Origin: Candidatus Sulfotelmatobacter sp. | Lineage (GTDB): Bacteria; Acidobacteriota; Terriglobia; Terriglobales; Acidobacteriaceae | Assembly: GCA_049673585.1 (NCBI GenBank) | Contig: JBATXV010000011.1 | Coordinates: forward strand, 2,547 to 66,546 | Length of the DNA stretch: 64,000 nt | Direction: 5' to 3' | Part shown: positions 9,851 to 17,760 of the stretch, piece after piece | Numbering within the stretch: position 1 is the stretch's first letter | Layout of the letters: each line of letters begins with the position of its first letter | Made by a program: the position numbers and the translations under genes | The notes under the pieces: generated by a model | The model's database searches: none | What the model saw: the letters and a program-made list of their open reading frames with translations, nothing else | What the model was told of the DNA's origin: nothing

Positions 9851-11098
9851 CTACTGCGCCCGCCGGAAGCAAATATCCCCAGTCGTCGTCCTCACCTTCA
9901 GCACCGGACCGCCTCCGTTCAAATTGCCTTCCGCGCTGAGCGACCTCGGTCCCCACTGGTCGCCTTCGCTGGCCACGTGGATGTCCGGGAAGTCAGAAGT
10001 AATGTGGTGCCCATTGCCCAGGTCCACGCTGGCACGCACCGAGATGGCTACATCCGGAGCGATGTAAACCGTAATGTCGCCCGCAGAAGTTTCAAGCACA
10101 GAATCGCTGGGTGGAGCTCCAGTCTTCACCAGCTTCACCACGATGCCGCCCGCTCCCGTCTCCACCCGCGCCGAGGGAACCCCATAGAGTTCGATTCCGC
10201 CTCCGCTCGTGTGAGCCTCCACGTGACCTTTAGCAGATGCGAGATGGATGCTGCCGCCGCCTGTCTCAACCTCAGCCGCGCCGCCAATGTCGCCCAAGTC
10301 GATGCTGCCCCCACCGGTTTCCGCCTTCACTTTCCCCGTGCACTGCCGAACCTGAATTCCGCCGCCGCCGGTTTCGATGCTCGCGCCCTGCGTGGCCGAG
10401 ATAATTTCAACGCTGCCGCCGCCAGTTTCCGCAATGATTTTCCCGTTAGCGTGATGCACCTCGATCGCGCCCCCGCCAGTATGAAGCCCAATATCGCCGC
10501 TGATGGTCCCCACGTCGATCGATCCGCCGCCCGTGTCTGCTCGCGCGCCTCCGCCAATGTCATCCAGGTGCATGCTGCCGCCGCCGCTCTCCGCCTCCAC
10601 GCGGCCAGCGATACCAGTGGTGTCAATGTTGCCGCCGTCGGTCTCCACCTTCACCAGTGCCATCTCGCGCGGAACCTTGATCAGGAACTCTCCCGAGAGA
10701 GTATGCTCCTGGCCCTTATATATCCTCAGGTATGCCGGGCCCACTTTAACGCGATGGCCGCCCTGCCACTCTCCGACAACCCAGGCCGTATCCCCTTTCA
10801 CGTAAGTGGTCACTTTGTAGCCTTCAAACTGGCGCCGCGCATCCTCCTCGGAGGATGCTTTTGAACGCATGTGAAGCGTATAGTCGATTCCTTCCTGCTG
10901 TGTGCCTCGAATCACCACCGAGCCCATGTCAAGTCTGACTCTTAGATTCTTGGCTCCTGTGAGCGATCCTGACATCACCTGAGTCCACGCGTCTCCCTCG
11001 CGGGATACACGCGTTTCCTGCGTCCACGTCAACGGCGCGATTAGAACCAGCATGCCAAGCAGGCCGGCGAATTGTAACGAACGTTTCAAAAGAACCAC
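9851..11098 (-). CDS. DUF4097-type beta-strand repeat protein (putative adhesin-like)
   Basis: Signal peptide and more than 10 iterations of the TGGGSI[DHE] repeat typical of DUF4097/LiaF-C-like domains. The start is uncertain (GTG 11098, or TTG 11089 with GAGGTG upstream). Confidence 0.72.
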   Translation of the reverse strand: MVLLKRSLQFAGLLGMLVLIAPLTWTQETRVSREGDAWTQVMSGSLTGAKNLRVRLDMGSVVIRGTQQEGIDYTLHMRSKASSEEDARRQFEGYKVTTYVKGDTAWVVGEWQGGHRVKVGPAYLRIYKGQEHTLSGEFLIKVPREMALVKVETDGGNIDTTGIAGRVEAESGGGSMHLDDIGGGARADTGGGSIDVGTISGDIGLHTGGGAIEVHHANGKIIAETGGGSVEIISATQGASIETGGGGIQVRQCTGKVKAETGGGSIDLGDIGGAAEVETGGGSIHLASAKGHVEAHTSGGGIELYGVPSARVETGAGGIVVKLVKTGAPPSDSVLETSAGDITVYIAPDVAISVRASVDLGNGHHITSDFPDIHVASEGDQWGPRSLSAEGNLNGGGPVLKVRTTTGDICFRRAQ

Positions 11099-11117
11099 CT
11101 CAGTTTCTTATTTCTGT

Positions 11118-12056
11118 TCAATCAATCTCCGGCAACTGCGCCAGCATGGTCCGCGCCTGCGACTTGATGTACTGGCTTTGATCCTTCGCCGCCAGCGTCA
11201 TCAACACTCCGCGCACGCTGCCATCGGCTTTCACCGGCTCGATCAGCCGCAATGCTTCGGTGCGCACGCCGGGGTTTGAATCGCTCACCAGGGCTTCGAG
11301 CACTGCATCGCGCACCCGCACATCATCCTTCACAAACCCGCCCAGACCATCCAGAGCCTTCAACCGCACTCCCGGATTCGTGTCGTAACGCAGCGCATAA
11401 ATCAGCGCATCGCGCACCTGCGAAACATCAGGCTTCTGCGTCAGCAGGTCCACGGAATCCATGCGCACGCCCGAATTGTAGTTATTCCGGGCGGCAAACA
11501 GCAGCAACTGCTGGATGCGCTGATCATTCAACGATCCCTGCGTCTCCAGCGTGGAAACCGTGTTGTATTTGATGTCGATCTTGTTCGTGCCAGGTTCCTG
11601 CGTGATGGACTGGATGCCGGTGATCGAAGCCTCGGCGGCAGCGGGAGTCGCAGTCGAACTCGCGGCCGAGTTGTTCGTCGAATGATCAAACACCCGGTAA
11701 GAAGTTCCGACGCCACCGGCAAACCCGAGAATCAGAATCGCCGACGCCAGCGCGGGCGAGAAGCGCACCTGCCGCAGCCAGTTCGCCGGATCGAACGCCA
11801 GCCGATGCCAGAAGCGCCCCTGCTCAGCCGTCTCCAGCGCCTCCTGCAGCCGCATCCGCGAAGCCGCCAGCAGATTGGGTGTAGGCTCAGCCGCCCGGTC
11901 CCGCGACAACACCGCGTGAAACTCCTGCTCCGCCTTAAGCTCTGCAGCGCAGTCAGCGCACCGCGCCACATGCTGCTCCAGTTCATGGCGCGCATCATCG
12001 GCCAGCTCGCCATAAACATGCAGCGTAATATTTTCTCGAACCCATTCGCATTTCAT
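11118..12056 (-). CDS. anti-sigma factor (zf-HC2) with periplasmic HEAT-repeat domain
   Basis: N-terminal H-x3-C-x2-C motif (HVARCADC), one TM helix and C-terminal NPGVR-type HEAT repeats. It lies directly downstream of the ECF sigma gene. Confidence 0.75.
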   Translation of the reverse strand: MKCEWVRENITLHVYGELADDARHELEQHVARCADCAAELKAEQEFHAVLSRDRAAEPTPNLLAASRMRLQEALETAEQGRFWHRLAFDPANWLRQVRFSPALASAILILGFAGGVGTSYRVFDHSTNNSAASSTATPAAAEASITGIQSITQEPGTNKIDIKYNTVSTLETQGSLNDQRIQQLLLFAARNNYNSGVRMDSVDLLTQKPDVSQVRDALIYALRYDTNPGVRLKALDGLGGFVKDDVRVRDAVLEALVSDSNPGVRTEALRLIEPVKADGSVRGVLMTLAAKDQSQYIKSQARTMLAQLPEID

Positions 12057-12068
12057 AGCACCAAACCC

Positions 12069-12139
12069 CGTTTCAAGGTTTCTGAGGTTTCAAAGTTTCA
12101 AGGTCTTCGAAACCTTGAAACATTGAAACTTTGAAACCT
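12069..12139. repeat. tandem GTTTCAA[AG]G units arranged as a long inverted repeat (intercistronic hairpin)
   Basis: GGTTTCAAAGTTTCAAGGT (12086-12104) is complementary to ACCTTGAAAC (12112-12121) plus TTGAAACTTTGAAACC (12123-12138). It lies between the sigma stop codon (12142) and the anti-sigma ATG (12056). Confidence 0.8.
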
Positions 12140-12141
12140 TC

Positions 12142-12744
12142 CTACCTCATATCCGCCAGCGCCCCGCGCAACTTCTGCGTGGCCCGGAACAAAGTGTTCT
12201 TCGCCGTCTCTTCCGTCGTATGCAAAATCTCGCCCACGGTACGCAATTTCAATCCGTGGTAATGCTTCAACTCAAACACCATGCGCTCCCGCGGCGTCAG
12301 CTTCTCCAGAGCGCCGGAAATGCGCGCCCCCAATTGCCGCCGCATCAGATCGCGCTCCGGATTCGCCCCCGCGCGCCCGTCGGGCACCTGATCGAGCAGG
12401 TCATACTCCCCGCCGGACGCGTCCTTTACCACCGGCGCATCTTCCTTGCGCACATTTTTCTTGCGCAAGTGATCCAGGCAAAGGTTGGTCACGATGCGGT
12501 AAATCCACGTATAAAAAGAACATTCAAACCGGAAGCTTCCGATGTTCTTATAAGCCTTGAGGAAGGCGTCCTGATAAACATCCTGCGCGTCTTGCTCGGT
12601 CCCGGTGAGATGCAGCGCCAGCCGCAACACCGCCTGATCGTAGTAACGCACCAGTTCCTCGAAGGCGGCGCGGTTCCCGCTTTGCGCCTCGCGGATGAGG
12701 ATCGTATCGTCTATGCGGCGTTCTTGCCCAGCCATGGCCCGCAT
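12142..12744 (-). CDS. ECF-type RNA polymerase sigma-70 family factor
   Basis: Region 2 (FEELVRYYDQAVLRLALHLTG ... DVYQDAFLKAY) and region 4 (LTPRERMVFELKHYHGLKLRTVGEIL). I chose the start at MRAMAGQ; the longest ORF runs to 12843. Confidence 0.9.
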   Translation of the reverse strand: MRAMAGQERRIDDTILIREAQSGNRAAFEELVRYYDQAVLRLALHLTGTEQDAQDVYQDAFLKAYKNIGSFRFECSFYTWIYRIVTNLCLDHLRKKNVRKEDAPVVKDASGGEYDLLDQVPDGRAGANPERDLMRRQLGARISGALEKLTPRERMVFELKHYHGLKLRTVGEILHTTEETAKNTLFRATQKLRGALADMR

Positions 12745-13026
12745 CGTGGGGTGCTGGTTCTCGCTGACTCTCTCCACTCTGCTCTTGTTCGAGTGGCCCC
12801 GTTCACCAACCGCAAGTGTTACTGCCAAAACCTCGGCCGGCATGTTTCGTCGTGTCCTCTACCGCCCGGTGTCAATGCCGTACCCGGGCTTGCACAGGAA
12901 TAGACGGTCAGTCAGTGGAACCGTGAGCAGAAATTATAGGCTGTCACAGATTTTTATGCCGCCTAGGTGTTTCTTTCGTAATGGTTTAGGGGGAAACAGA
13001 ACACTCCCACACGGTGAGGAGCCCGG

Positions 13027-13042
13027 ATTTGGCAAGCCAAAT
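13027..13042. promoter_or_regulatory. inverted repeat ATTTGGC-aa-GCCAAAT, candidate operator upstream of the GH3 gene
   Basis: 7-bp perfect arms about 105 bp upstream of the bglX-like ATG, in the 400-bp divergent spacer shared with the ECF sigma gene. Confidence 0.25.
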
Positions 13043-13147
13043 GCCCTGAGACTGATGCAAGTCGATCCATCGAAGCGCATCGAGTGTATACTCCCAGCCG
13101 TCGCGCGAATGCATCGAAATACAGCCACAGGAAAGAAGGATCCGGAA

Positions 13148-15511
13148 ATGAATCTCACCGGGCGCTGTTGCGCGTACCTCCTGGTCGCATTAGCGACTGT
13201 TCTCTGCCAGCCCGTCCAAGTCACCGGGCAAACGGCCCAAACACACCCCACGGAAGCAAACGCCCCCGGGACCGTTCGGCTCACCGAGGCCCAGATTCTC
13301 GACAAGGCCACGAACCTCCTGCAACAGATGACTGTGGAGGAAAAAGTCGCGCAGTTATCGCAGCTTCCCGGAATGGATTCCCCCGAGTTCAAGGAAAACG
13401 TGAAGCAGCCCATCGAAGAAGTCATAAAACAGTTTGGCGCCGGTTCCGTACTCTGGATTTCCGATCCAAAGGAGATCAACCGCCTGCAGCACATCGCCGT
13501 CGAACAATCGCGCCTCCACATTCCGGTGCTCTTTGGGCTCGACGTCATCCACGGCTACCACACCATCTTTCCGGCGCCGATCGCCATGGCTTCATCCTGG
13601 GATACGAAGATGGTCGAGGACGCGCAAGCCGTGGCCGCGCAGGAGGCTCGAGCCGCAGGCATTCAGTGGACCTTCGCGCCCATGGTGGATATCGCTCGCG
13701 ACGCCCGCTGGGGACGCATGGTCGAAGGAGCTGGCGAAGATCCCTACCTTGGAGCCGCCATGGCTCGAGCCCAGGTCCTGGGATTTCAGGGCAAGCAGCT
13801 AGGCGCGCCCGATCGCCTGCTGGCCTGCGCCAAGCATTTCGCCGGCTACGGCGCAGCCGACGGAGGACGCGACTACGATTCTTCCTACATCCCCGAAGAG
13901 CAGATGTGGAACACCTACCTGCCGCCCTTCAAAGCCGCCATCGGCGCCGGCGCCGGAAGCCTGATGAGCGCCTACATGGATCTGAACGATGTACCGGCCA
14001 CCGGCAACCCCTGGCTCCTGCACGACGTGCTGCGCGATGCCTGGAACTTTCAGGGATTCGTGGTAAGCGACGCCTTCGCAGTCCGCAGCCTGACCATTCA
14101 TGGTTACGCCATCGGCCCCCAGGACGCCGCGCACAAGGCCTTCACCGCCGGATTGAACATGGACATGGCCAGCGGCACATATTTCAAGTATCTGCCGATC
14201 GAATTGCAGCAGGGACGCATCACGATGCAGCAGATCGACAACGCCGTACTCCCAATTCTCGAAACCAAAATCCGCATGGGATTATTCGAACATCCTTATG
14301 CTGACGAATCTCGCATCGAGCCGACGCTCAACGATCCCGCACACCAGCAACTCGCGCGCCGCGCCGCGCAACGTTCGGTGGTGTTGCTTCGCAACCAGGG
14401 TGGTCTCCTCCCACTCGATAAGACCGGCAAAAGCATTCATTCCATCGCAGTGATCGGCGCGCTCGGCGACGCCCAAGCCGACCTTCTCTCCATGTGGGGC
14501 GCGCTGACCAAACCGGGTCCGACAATCAGCATTCTGAAGGGCATCCAGGAAAAGGTCGGCTCCGCCATGCGGGTCGCCTACTCGCATGGGCCGAATCTCA
14601 GGCGCGACATCCCTTCGCCGTTTGAAGGCATTCCGATGACCGCGATGATGAAGGAGCAACCAGCCGAAACCGCTCAGGAAACGCAGCAATCCATAGAGGA
14701 TGCCGTAGCTCTGGCCCGGCAAAGCGATGTCGCCGTCCTGGTCCTAGGCGAGATCGATCTGATGAGCGGCGAGTACGCTTCGCGATCTTCCCTGAAGCTT
14801 TCGAACGGCCAGGAAGAACTGCTGGAAGCGGTTTCCGCCACCGGCAAGCCTGTCGTCCTTGTACTGGTAAACGGTCGCCCGCTCAACATTTCGTGGGCCG
14901 CGGAGCATGTCCCTGCCATTCTCGAAGCCTGGTATCCGGGGAGCCAGGGAGGCAACGCCATCGCCGACATTCTCTTCGGCGACGCCAATCCGTCCGCCCA
15001 CTTGCCCGTAAGCTGGCCGCGAAGCGCCGGACAACTCCCCCTCTATTACAACCACAACCTCACGCAAAACCCGGAGACTTCCGCCGATTTCAAATCGCGC
15101 TACTGGGATATTCGCAGCTCGCCGCTCTATCCCTTCGGCTACGGTCTAAGCTATACGACGTTCTCCTTCGACAATCTGAAAGTAACTCCAACCGCGCGAA
15201 CTGGAGGCACGATCGAGGTTTCAGTCGACGTGACGAACACCGGCAGCCGCACAGGCGATGCCGTCGTCCAGCTTTACATCCACCAGCGCGCAGGCAGCGC
15301 CTCTCGCCCAGTTCGGCAGTTGAAGGGATTCGATCGCGTCGCCTTGGAGCCGGGTGCAAAACGCACCGTGCACTTCGCACTGGGAAAAGACGAGTTGAAA
15401 TTCTGGAGCCCGATCGAAAAGAAATGGGTTGTCGAACCAGAGCAGTTCGACGTATGGGTAGGCGAAGACTCCAGTGCCACGCTGCACGCGGAGTTCCGGC
15501 TCACGGAATGA
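13148..15511 (+). CDS. bglX: glycoside hydrolase family 3 beta-glucosidase (BglX-like), secreted
   Basis: Signal peptide MNLTGRCCAYLLVALATVLC, GH3 motifs KHFAGYG and GFVVSDA, and a C-terminal FnIII-like domain. The upstream part of ORF 12695-15511 overlaps the sigma gene antisense and is not coding. Confidence 0.9.
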   Translation: MNLTGRCCAYLLVALATVLCQPVQVTGQTAQTHPTEANAPGTVRLTEAQILDKATNLLQQMTVEEKVAQLSQLPGMDSPEFKENVKQPIEEVIKQFGAGSVLWISDPKEINRLQHIAVEQSRLHIPVLFGLDVIHGYHTIFPAPIAMASSWDTKMVEDAQAVAAQEARAAGIQWTFAPMVDIARDARWGRMVEGAGEDPYLGAAMARAQVLGFQGKQLGAPDRLLACAKHFAGYGAADGGRDYDSSYIPEEQMWNTYLPPFKAAIGAGAGSLMSAYMDLNDVPATGNPWLLHDVLRDAWNFQGFVVSDAFAVRSLTIHGYAIGPQDAAHKAFTAGLNMDMASGTYFKYLPIELQQGRITMQQIDNAVLPILETKIRMGLFEHPYADESRIEPTLNDPAHQQLARRAAQRSVVLLRNQGGLLPLDKTGKSIHSIAVIGALGDAQADLLSMWGALTKPGPTISILKGIQEKVGSAMRVAYSHGPNLRRDIPSPFEGIPMTAMMKEQPAETAQETQQSIEDAVALARQSDVAVLVLGEIDLMSGEYASRSSLKLSNGQEELLEAVSATGKPVVLVLVNGRPLNISWAAEHVPAILEAWYPGSQGGNAIADILFGDANPSAHLPVSWPRSAGQLPLYYNHNLTQNPETSADFKSRYWDIRSSPLYPFGYGLSYTTFSFDNLKVTPTARTGGTIEVSVDVTNTGSRTGDAVVQLYIHQRAGSASRPVRQLKGFDRVALEPGAKRTVHFALGKDELKFWSPIEKKWVVEPEQFDVWVGEDSSATLHAEFRLTE

Positions 15512-15517
15512 GTGAAC

Positions 15518-15973
15518 CTATTCCGCGACGGCTTCCTTCTCGATCACAACTTTCAAGTGCGCGGTCACGTCCTTGTGCAGTTTCACTGGAACGGTGAACT
15601 CGCCCAGGGTCTTCAGCGGCTCGTGCAGCTGGATCTGCTTGCGGTCCAGATTAATTCCTTTTTTCACGATGGCTTCCGCGATGTCGCCAGAAGTGACCGA
15701 GCCGAAAAGTTGATCGTGCTCGCCCGCGCGCTTCTGGAACGTAGCCGACAATCCTTCAAACTGCTTGGCCAGTTCCTCGGCCTGCGACTTCTCCTTGGCC
15801 GAGCGCCGCACCGAAGCGGCCTTCATCTGCACGATGACGGCCTTGTTCCCCGCAGTGGCCTCGATGGCCAGCTTGCGCGGCAAAAGATAGTTGCGCCCAA
15901 ATCCTTCGGCAACCTTCACCACATCGCCGCGCGCTCCCAGCTTGCTCACATCTTCTTTAAGAATGACTTCCAT
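15518..15973 (-). CDS. rplI: 50S ribosomal protein L9
   Basis: MEVILKEDVSKLGARGDVVKVAEGFGRNYLLPRKLA is a canonical bL9 N-terminus. The upstream extension of the ORF is repeat sequence. Confidence 0.93.
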   Translation of the reverse strand: MEVILKEDVSKLGARGDVVKVAEGFGRNYLLPRKLAIEATAGNKAVIVQMKAASVRRSAKEKSQAEELAKQFEGLSATFQKRAGEHDQLFGSVTSGDIAEAIVKKGINLDRKQIQLHEPLKTLGEFTVPVKLHKDVTAHLKVVIEKEAVAE

Positions 15974-16000
15974 GATATGACTCCGATTCGGATTTCTTTG

Positions 16001-16080
16001 CCACGGATTTACACGGATCACCACGGACAAACAAAAATATTCTTAAAGTCTTATCCTTGAGAATCCGTGTAAATCCGTGG
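16001..16080. repeat. CACGGAT-heptad REP-like hairpin element (rpsR-rplI junction)
   Basis: CCACGGATTTACACGGAT (16001-16018) is perfectly complementary to ATCCGTGTAAATCCGTGG (16063-16080). Heptads recur every 10 bp. Confidence 0.85.
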
Positions 16081-16089
16081 CTAATTCTT

Positions 16090-16461
16090 TTACGATGCCC
16101 GTCCGGCAAAAGGCAGCAATGCGATGTTGCGCGCCTGTTTGATGGCCGTCGCCAGCCGGTGCTGATGTGGCGAGCACACGCCTGTCAACCGGCGCGGCAC
16201 AATCTTGCCGCTCTCCGCCACGAACTGCCCCAGCAGACGGTAATCTTTGTAGTTGATGTCGGCGATCTTCTCCGTGCAGAACTTGCAAACCTTCTTGCGC
16301 CGGAAAAACTTGCGCCCACCTTCACGCGGCGGACCGCCGGGCCCCGATCGCCCACCCCCGCCGCCGAAACGCGGACGGTCTCCCGAAGGCCGGAACTCGC
16401 GCGGTGCATCGCCAGCAGGCCGTTCCGGCCGCTCGCTTGGTGCCTTAGTCTCGTCAGTCAT
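16090..16461 (-). CDS. rpsR: 30S ribosomal protein S18 with Gly/Arg/Pro-rich N-terminal extension
   Basis: The core [35 protein letters not shown] is canonical bS18. Confidence 0.93.
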   Translation of the reverse strand: MTDETKAPSERPERPAGDAPREFRPSGDRPRFGGGGGRSGPGGPPREGGRKFFRRKKVCKFCTEKIADINYKDYRLLGQFVAESGKIVPRRLTGVCSPHQHRLATAIKQARNIALLPFAGRAS

Positions 16462-16476
16462 AACGCTCCTTAAAAT

Positions 16477-16580
16477 CAGTTGCCAGTGCCTGGTTGCCAG
16501 TACCCAGTAAACTCAAATTCTCCCGACCCAGGGCGCTGCCTAATGCGAGCTGCCCACTGAGTACTAGGTACTAGGTACTG
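16477..16580. repeat. short tandem units (GTTGCCAGT x2; TACTAGG x2-3) forming an imperfect inverted repeat (rpsF-rpsR junction)
   Basis: CCAGTACCCAGTA (16497-16509) against TACTAGGTACTAGG (16562-16575). Both mismatches would be G.U pairs in the minus-strand (sense) RNA. The right arm overlaps the last codons of rpsF. Confidence 0.4.
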
Positions 16581-16974
16581 TTTCCGCCGCCGGCGTCGCT
16601 GGCGCTTCCGCCACAACCGCGGGTTGCGCGCTCACTTTCTTTTTCGCGTCGCGCAGCTTCTTGATCTTCTCCAGCCGCTTCTGCTCTTCGTCGATGCGCA
16701 CGGTAAGGAACTTGATCACTGGCTCCGTGACCCGCAGACGGCGCTCCAGTTCATGCACCACCGAACCCGCGCCTTCGATCGTCAGCAAAATGTAGATGCC
16801 TTCGCGGAACTTGCGCACCACATACGCCAGACGGCGCTTGCCCATGCGGTCCACGCTCTTGATCGAACCCGCCGCCGCAGTCACGGTCGACTCCAGGTTC
16901 GAAATCAGCTTCTCAAGATCCTCATCCGCCATATCCGGCCGGACAATAAACATCAACTCATAAGTACGATTCAT
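16564..16974 (-). CDS. rpsF: 30S ribosomal protein S6 with C-terminal extension
   Basis: MNRTYELMFIVRPD is a canonical bS6 start. Confidence 0.93.
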   Translation of the reverse strand: MNRTYELMFIVRPDMADEDLEKLISNLESTVTAAAGSIKSVDRMGKRRLAYVVRKFREGIYILLTIEGAGSVVHELERRLRVTEPVIKFLTVRIDEEQKRLEKIKKLRDAKKKVSAQPAVVAEAPATPAAETVPST

Positions 16975-16993
16975 TTGCATCTCCAAATCTTTG

Positions 16994-17072
16994 CCACGGA
17001 TCTTCACGGATTCTCACGGATAAACGAAAACATATAAAAAGCCCTATCCGTGCTGATCCGTGCAAATCCGTG
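16994..17072. repeat. CACGGAT-heptad REP-like hairpin element (pth-rpsF junction)
   Basis: The left arm has three CACGGAT heptads and the right arm three ATCCGTG heptads, each on a 10-bp period. The 3-nt spacers are not complementary. Confidence 0.85.
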
Positions 17073-17073
17073 C

Positions 17074-17652
17074 CTAATCTTTCTCCTCTTTCCGGTTAAA
17101 CCGGTTCATAGCTGCCGCCGCACCTTCGGTCAGAATCGCCATCGCCGCTTCAGCAGCAGTGTCGAGCATCCCATCCACCACCGCCAGTTCAGCCTTGCGA
17201 AACGGCGCCAGCAAATACCGCTCACCGTCTGTCACCTTGCGTTCCGGAGCCACGCCGATCCGGATGCGCAAGAAATCCTGCGTGCCCAGCGCTCCGATGA
17301 TCGACTCGATCCCGTTATGCCCCGCCGAACTCCGCCCCGTATGAATCCGCAGCGTGCCCAGCGGAAAATCCAGTTCGTCCTGAATCACAATCAGGTCGGT
17401 TTCCGGCTTCGCCTGGTATTCCGCCACCAACTCCCGGACCGACACGCCGCTCAGGTTCATGTAAGTTTCAGGCTTGGCCAGCAGCACGGGTTCGTCTCCA
17501 ACCTGTATCCGCGCCGTAAGCGCCCGGCACTGCCGGTTCCTGATCTCAACCCCGCGCTCGCTAGCCATGCGATCCACCACCAGAAAGCCAACGTTATGCG
17601 GCGTGAACTGATACTCAATCCCAGGATTGCCAAGCCCAACAATCAGTTTCAC
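17074..17652 (-). CDS. pth: peptidyl-tRNA hydrolase
   Basis: The KLIVGLGNPGIEYQFTPHNVGF motif. The probable start is GTG at 17652; the longest ORF runs to 17700. Confidence 0.9.
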   Translation of the reverse strand: MKLIVGLGNPGIEYQFTPHNVGFLVVDRMASERGVEIRNRQCRALTARIQVGDEPVLLAKPETYMNLSGVSVRELVAEYQAKPETDLIVIQDELDFPLGTLRIHTGRSSAGHNGIESIIGALGTQDFLRIRIGVAPERKVTDGERYLLAPFRKAELAVVDGMLDTAAEAAMAILTEGAAAAMNRFNRKEEKD

Positions 17653-17760
17653 GCCACCATCCCAAGCCAAGCAGGGACACCCGATGCCAGCACGGTCCAT
17701 GTGGGGACGGCCGCCTCGGCCGCCCAGCCGAGCGAAGCGACGCGCGCCGCGACCACGGCG

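Noticed and set aside
9608-10864. 418-aa ORF antisense to the DUF4097 gene
   Set aside because: A shadow ORF kept open by the GGGSI-repeat codons on the opposite strand, with an Ala/Arg-rich low-complexity product.
12695-13147. N-terminal 151 codons of the 938-aa ORF (12695-15511)
   Set aside because: This part overlaps the ECF sigma gene antisense and the divergent promoter spacer. A proper signal peptide begins at the internal ATG 13148.
13084-14304. 406-aa alternative-frame ORF inside the GH3 gene
   Set aside because: It is on the same strand as the GH3 gene but out of frame with it. The product is an extreme Arg/Pro/Ser/His composition with no motifs.
15985-17075. Possible CRISPR array because of regularly spaced short repeats
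   Set aside because: The units are 7 nt with 3-nt spacers, arranged as inverted repeats. There are no 25-40-nt repeats, no unique spacers and no cas genes.
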